From NCBI GenBank assembly GCA_016789645.1, contig JAEUQP010000341.1:1-35501 (forward strand): a stretch of 35,501 nucleotides of DNA, given 5' to 3'. The translations under genes were made by a program, and so were the position numbers. This DNA is from Acidobacteriota bacterium (GTDB taxonomy: Bacteria > Acidobacteriota > Blastocatellia > RBC074). Below the pieces are notes generated by a model, which was not told the DNA's origin, did not search any database, and was given only the letters and a program-made list of their open reading frames with translations. This document shows positions 32,584-35,501 of this stretch, piece by piece (position 1 is the first letter of the stretch; every line of letters starts with the position of its first letter).

Positions 32584-35004
32584 ATGGCAGAAGAAAAAAC
32601 TGGTCTTGAAAAACCTTTGTCCCCAGAAGAAACAGCCATCATGAGACCCTTCGCAACCCCCCGCCAGGGTGGTTCTTATGGCTATGGTTACGGGAACGAG
32701 CCGCCGAACGGAATTCATTTGCGTGAAATCATGCGTATCATCCGCAAACGCAAATGGCTGGTTGCCGTGATCGTTGCGATTGCTACCATTCTCATTACCG
32801 TTGAAGTCTTTCGCACGCCGTCCGTATATCGCTCGACCAGCAGCGTAGAAGTTCAGCGCGATTCGCCGATGATCATCAAGGCCAAGGATCAGGTCGTGCA
32901 GTTCGAAGATTCCGACAGCCTCAATACGAAAAAAGTCATCTTTCTCAGCCGCCCGTTGATGGAAGATGTTGTGATCCTGCTGCATCTCGATCAAAACCCG
33001 AAATTCACCGAAAGCATGAAGAAAAAATCGGTTCTGGATGTGGCGCGCGAATTCACGGGACGGGTTTCTGACGAAGTCGGAGGCGATAGCAGGCAGCAAG
33101 AAGAAGATCGGACGATTGCCAGTCAATCCATTGTCATGGAAAGCCGCACGGCGGAAGAGAGCAAGCGTTTGGCGCCTTATGTCAATGTGCTGAGAAACAG
33201 GTTCAAGGTCGAATCTGTGGCTCAAACGAACATCATGGAAATCTCGTTCGAGCACACGGACAAGGAACTGGCTGCGGCCATCGTCAATACGGCGGTGGAT
33301 AATTTCATCAAACGCACCTGGAATCGCCGCACCGAAAAATTCACCGATACGTCTGACTGGCTGGAACGTTCGACGCGCGATCTGAAAGCCAAAGTGCAAC
33401 AAGCCGAAACGGCGTTGGCCGAATACACCAAACGCAACGAAATTTTTTCTCCAGACGGCAAACAATCGCTGACGGCGGAAAAGTTGTCCGGCTTACACGT
33501 GCAAGTCATGAAAGCGGAAACGGAGCGAATGCTGAAAGGATCGCTTTATGATGAAGTCAAGCGCGGGCGAATGAACCAGGTTCCAGAGGTGTTTTCCGAT
33601 CCGAAAACTGCCGGCTTGAAACAACGGCTCGGCGAATTGCAGGTTGAACAGTCGCAGTTGAGTGTTCGCTTCGGCCCTGAAAATCCCAAAGTTGCCGAAG
33701 TCGAGGAGAAGATCAAGGTTCTGCAAAGCCAGATAGCTGAAAATCAGCGTTCGTTTGAGGAAAAACTGAAAACCGATTACGAGCGTGCAGTTCGCGAAGA
33801 AGGAGAATTGAGACGTTCGCTGGATGTCGCCAAGAACGAAACGGTTCAGCAAAATCAGGCTTCGATTCGATTTGCCACTCTGCAAGCTGAATTGGATACG
33901 GCGCGAGGGCTTTACACGGAGTTTTTGAACAAGACTAAACAAGCAGATTTGCAACTGGTCGAGCAGCACAACAATCTGAAAGTCGTCGAAACTGCTGAAG
34001 TGCCAAACTCGCCGATTGGGCCGCAACGGCTTCGCACAATTGTGATTGGATTTTTGGTGAGTTTGATCGTGGCTGTCGGGTTGGCGTTTTTCCTGGAATA
34101 TCTGGACAACACGGTCAAAAGCGTCGAAGACATCGAGCGAGTGGCACAGTTGCCGACGCTGGCGGTCATTCCGGCGATTTCAACAGTTGCTCCTCGATTG
34201 ATGAACGAAAAGAAACGAGCCGAATCTGCTCAGGCTTTGTCGGTCAGTGCAAACGCCGGGCAGGCCTTGACGGGAAGTTTTGCTGCTGCCGGAGCGCAGG
34301 GCAAATTGACTAAACTCGTGACGCTCGATCAGCTTTCTTCAGTTGTCGAAGCTTATCGAATGCTGCGAACGTCAGTTTTGTTGTCGGCAGCAGGCAATCC
34401 ACCCAAAACCATTTTGTTCACCAGCGGCCAGCCCGGTGAAGGGAAGACGACCACCGCGATCAACACCGCGATTTCGCTGTCGCAACTTGGCTCATCGGTC
34501 TTGTTGATTGATGCTGACTTGCGCCGTCCGACGGTGCATCGAGTGTTCAAGATGGGGCAATCGCAAGGGCTTTCAACCTTCTTGTCGCGCCAGGTCGAAA
34601 TTGATCCGCTGATTAACAAACTGTGGGTTCCGAATCTGTCCGTGTTGCCGTGCGGCCCGATTCCGCCCAATCCGGCGGAGTTGATCAGCTCCGAACGGAT
34701 GCGGTTGCTGTTGAAAGAACTCGGCGAAAAATACGATCACATTCTGATTGATTCGCCGCCGCTGATTAACGTCACAGATCCGGTGATTCTTTCGACTATG
34801 GTGGATGGCGTCATTCTGGTCGTTCAAGCCGGACGCAGCACGCGTGACATTGTTCGCCGCGCCCGCCAGGAACTCGGCAGCGTGGGCGCGAAAATCTTTG
34901 GCGTGGTCCTGAACAATCTCGACATCAAACGCGAAGGATACGATTCCTATCTTTCAACCTACGGCAATTATGGGTACGGCGAAAAACAAGCCGCTCGCCG
35001 ATAA
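32584..35004 (+). CDS. polysaccharide co-polymerase / tyrosine autokinase (Wzc/GumC-like)
   Basis: Two TM helices flank a long coiled-coil periplasmic domain. Walker A SGQPGEGKTTTAINTA, Walker A' LLIDADLRRP, Walker B ILIDSPP. The C-terminal tail YDSYLSTYGNYGYG is Tyr-rich. Confidence 0.9.
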   Translation: MAEEKTGLEKPLSPEETAIMRPFATPRQGGSYGYGYGNEPPNGIHLREIMRIIRKRKWLVAVIVAIATILITVEVFRTPSVYRSTSSVEVQRDSPMIIKAKDQVVQFEDSDSLNTKKVIFLSRPLMEDVVILLHLDQNPKFTESMKKKSVLDVAREFTGRVSDEVGGDSRQQEEDRTIASQSIVMESRTAEESKRLAPYVNVLRNRFKVESVAQTNIMEISFEHTDKELAAAIVNTAVDNFIKRTWNRRTEKFTDTSDWLERSTRDLKAKVQQAETALAEYTKRNEIFSPDGKQSLTAEKLSGLHVQVMKAETERMLKGSLYDEVKRGRMNQVPEVFSDPKTAGLKQRLGELQVEQSQLSVRFGPENPKVAEVEEKIKVLQSQIAENQRSFEEKLKTDYERAVREEGELRRSLDVAKNETVQQNQASIRFATLQAELDTARGLYTEFLNKTKQADLQLVEQHNNLKVVETAEVPNSPIGPQRLRTIVIGFLVSLIVAVGLAFFLEYLDNTVKSVEDIERVAQLPTLAVIPAISTVAPRLMNEKKRAESAQALSVSANAGQALTGSFAAAGAQGKLTKLVTLDQLSSVVEAYRMLRTSVLLSAAGNPPKTILFTSGQPGEGKTTTAINTAISLSQLGSSVLLIDADLRRPTVHRVFKMGQSQGLSTFLSRQVEIDPLINKLWVPNLSVLPCGPIPPNPAELISSERMRLLLKELGEKYDHILIDSPPLINVTDPVILSTMVDGVILVVQAGRSTRDIVRRARQELGSVGAKIFGVVLNNLDIKREGYDSYLSTYGNYGYGEKQAARR

Positions 35005-35020
35005 CGCCGGATTCATTTTT

Positions 35021-35061
35021 GTCAGCGGCAAGCAGTTCTGAGAAACGAGCTTGCCGCTGAC
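35021..35061 (+). terminator. perfect 13-bp hairpin after the Wzc-like gene; probable intrinsic terminator or attenuator
   Basis: GTCAGCGGCAAGC (35021-35033) pairs perfectly with GCTTGCCGCTGAC (35049-35061) around a 15-nt loop. It is followed by T-rich GAATCTCCTCTTTTACTCCACTTTTCAATTTT. Confidence 0.5.
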
Positions 35062-35106
35062 GAATCTCCTCTTTTACTCCACTTTTCAATTTTCACACCC
35101 AAGCGC

Positions 35107-35501
35107 TTGAAGACGCCTGTTGCCCTGATCATCTTCAATCGTCCTGATTTTACGGCTCGCGTGCTGGAAGCGATTGCTTTGGCCAAGCCGGAAAAGTTGT
35201 TGGTGGTTGCCGATGGTCCGCGCGCAAACCGGCCTGACGACGTCGAAAAGTGCCAGGCCGCGCGTGATGTGATCCGACGTGTAAACTGGGATTGCGAAGT
35301 CCTCACCCACTATTCCGACATGAATCTTGGCTGCGGAAAGCGACCAGCTACAGGCATTACCTGGGTGTTCGATACTGTTGAAGAGGCGATCATTCTGGAA
35401 GACGACTGTCTGCCGCATCCTACGTTTTTTAGCTACTGCGAGGAACTACTGGAGCGCTATCGAGATGATGAGCGTGTGATGATGATTGGCGGCGTCAACT
35501 T
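35107..35501 (+). CDS. glycosyltransferase (GT2-like), 5' part, runs off the window
   Basis: The frame is open from 35005 to the window end. It reads (M/L)KTPVALIIFNRPDFTARVLEAIALAKPEKLLVVADGPR...NLGCGKRPATGITWVF...AIILEDDCLPHPTFF. There is no ATG, so the TTG at 35107 is my best guess for the start. Confidence 0.6.
   Translation, partial: MKTPVALIIFNRPDFTARVLEAIALAKPEKLLVVADGPRANRPDDVEKCQAARDVIRRVNWDCEVLTHYSDMNLGCGKRPATGITWVFDTVEEAIILEDDCLPHPTFFSYCEELLERYRDDERVMMIGGVN

Noticed and set aside
32413-33465. 350-aa minus-strand ORF
   Set aside because: It is antisense to the Wzc-like gene, whose Walker motifs and Tyr-rich tail are clear. The product is Phe/Arg-rich and featureless.

Overview
35.5-kb chromosomal segment from a moderately GC-rich diderm bacterium. 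Gene content and the style of the intergenic repeats suggest Acidobacteriota, but I could not verify this without a search. I saw no rRNA, tRNA, CRISPR array, integrase or transposase by eye.

Layout:
1. 1-7.1 kb, + strand: a small two-gene unit, a DUF1990 protein, an M20 peptidase, a hotdog thioesterase, and a beta-propeller/Y_Y_Y histidine kinase with a NarL/LuxR response regulator.
2. 7.4-16.4 kb, + strand, accessory-looking block:
   - an M43-like metzincin carrying three inserted Cys/His repeats and C-terminal WNPG repeats;
   - a 64-aa-repeat protein with a recurrent uncharacterised C-terminal module;
   - a low-GC orphan gene;
   - a secreted protein with ten 50-aa TPR-like repeats;
   - 18 nt further on, a membrane-anchored TIR-domain protein;
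   - a frameshifted gene remnant.
3. 16.5-26.1 kb, - strand, housekeeping: L,D-transpeptidase, nrnA, rbfA, infB, nusA, rimP, a membrane protein and a BNR sialidase-like protein.
4. 26.3-35.5 kb, + strand: an orphan efflux adaptor, a FecR-like protein and an exopolysaccharide locus (TPR/CBM protein, Wzy_C-type ligase, Wza-like, Wzc-like, glycosyltransferase).

The best candidate for an undescribed system is the secreted TPR protein plus TIR-TM-beta-sandwich protein pair at 12162-16031. It may act together with the three upstream signal-peptide-less genes and the adjacent two-component system. All family calls come from motif recognition by eye, and none has been checked against a database.
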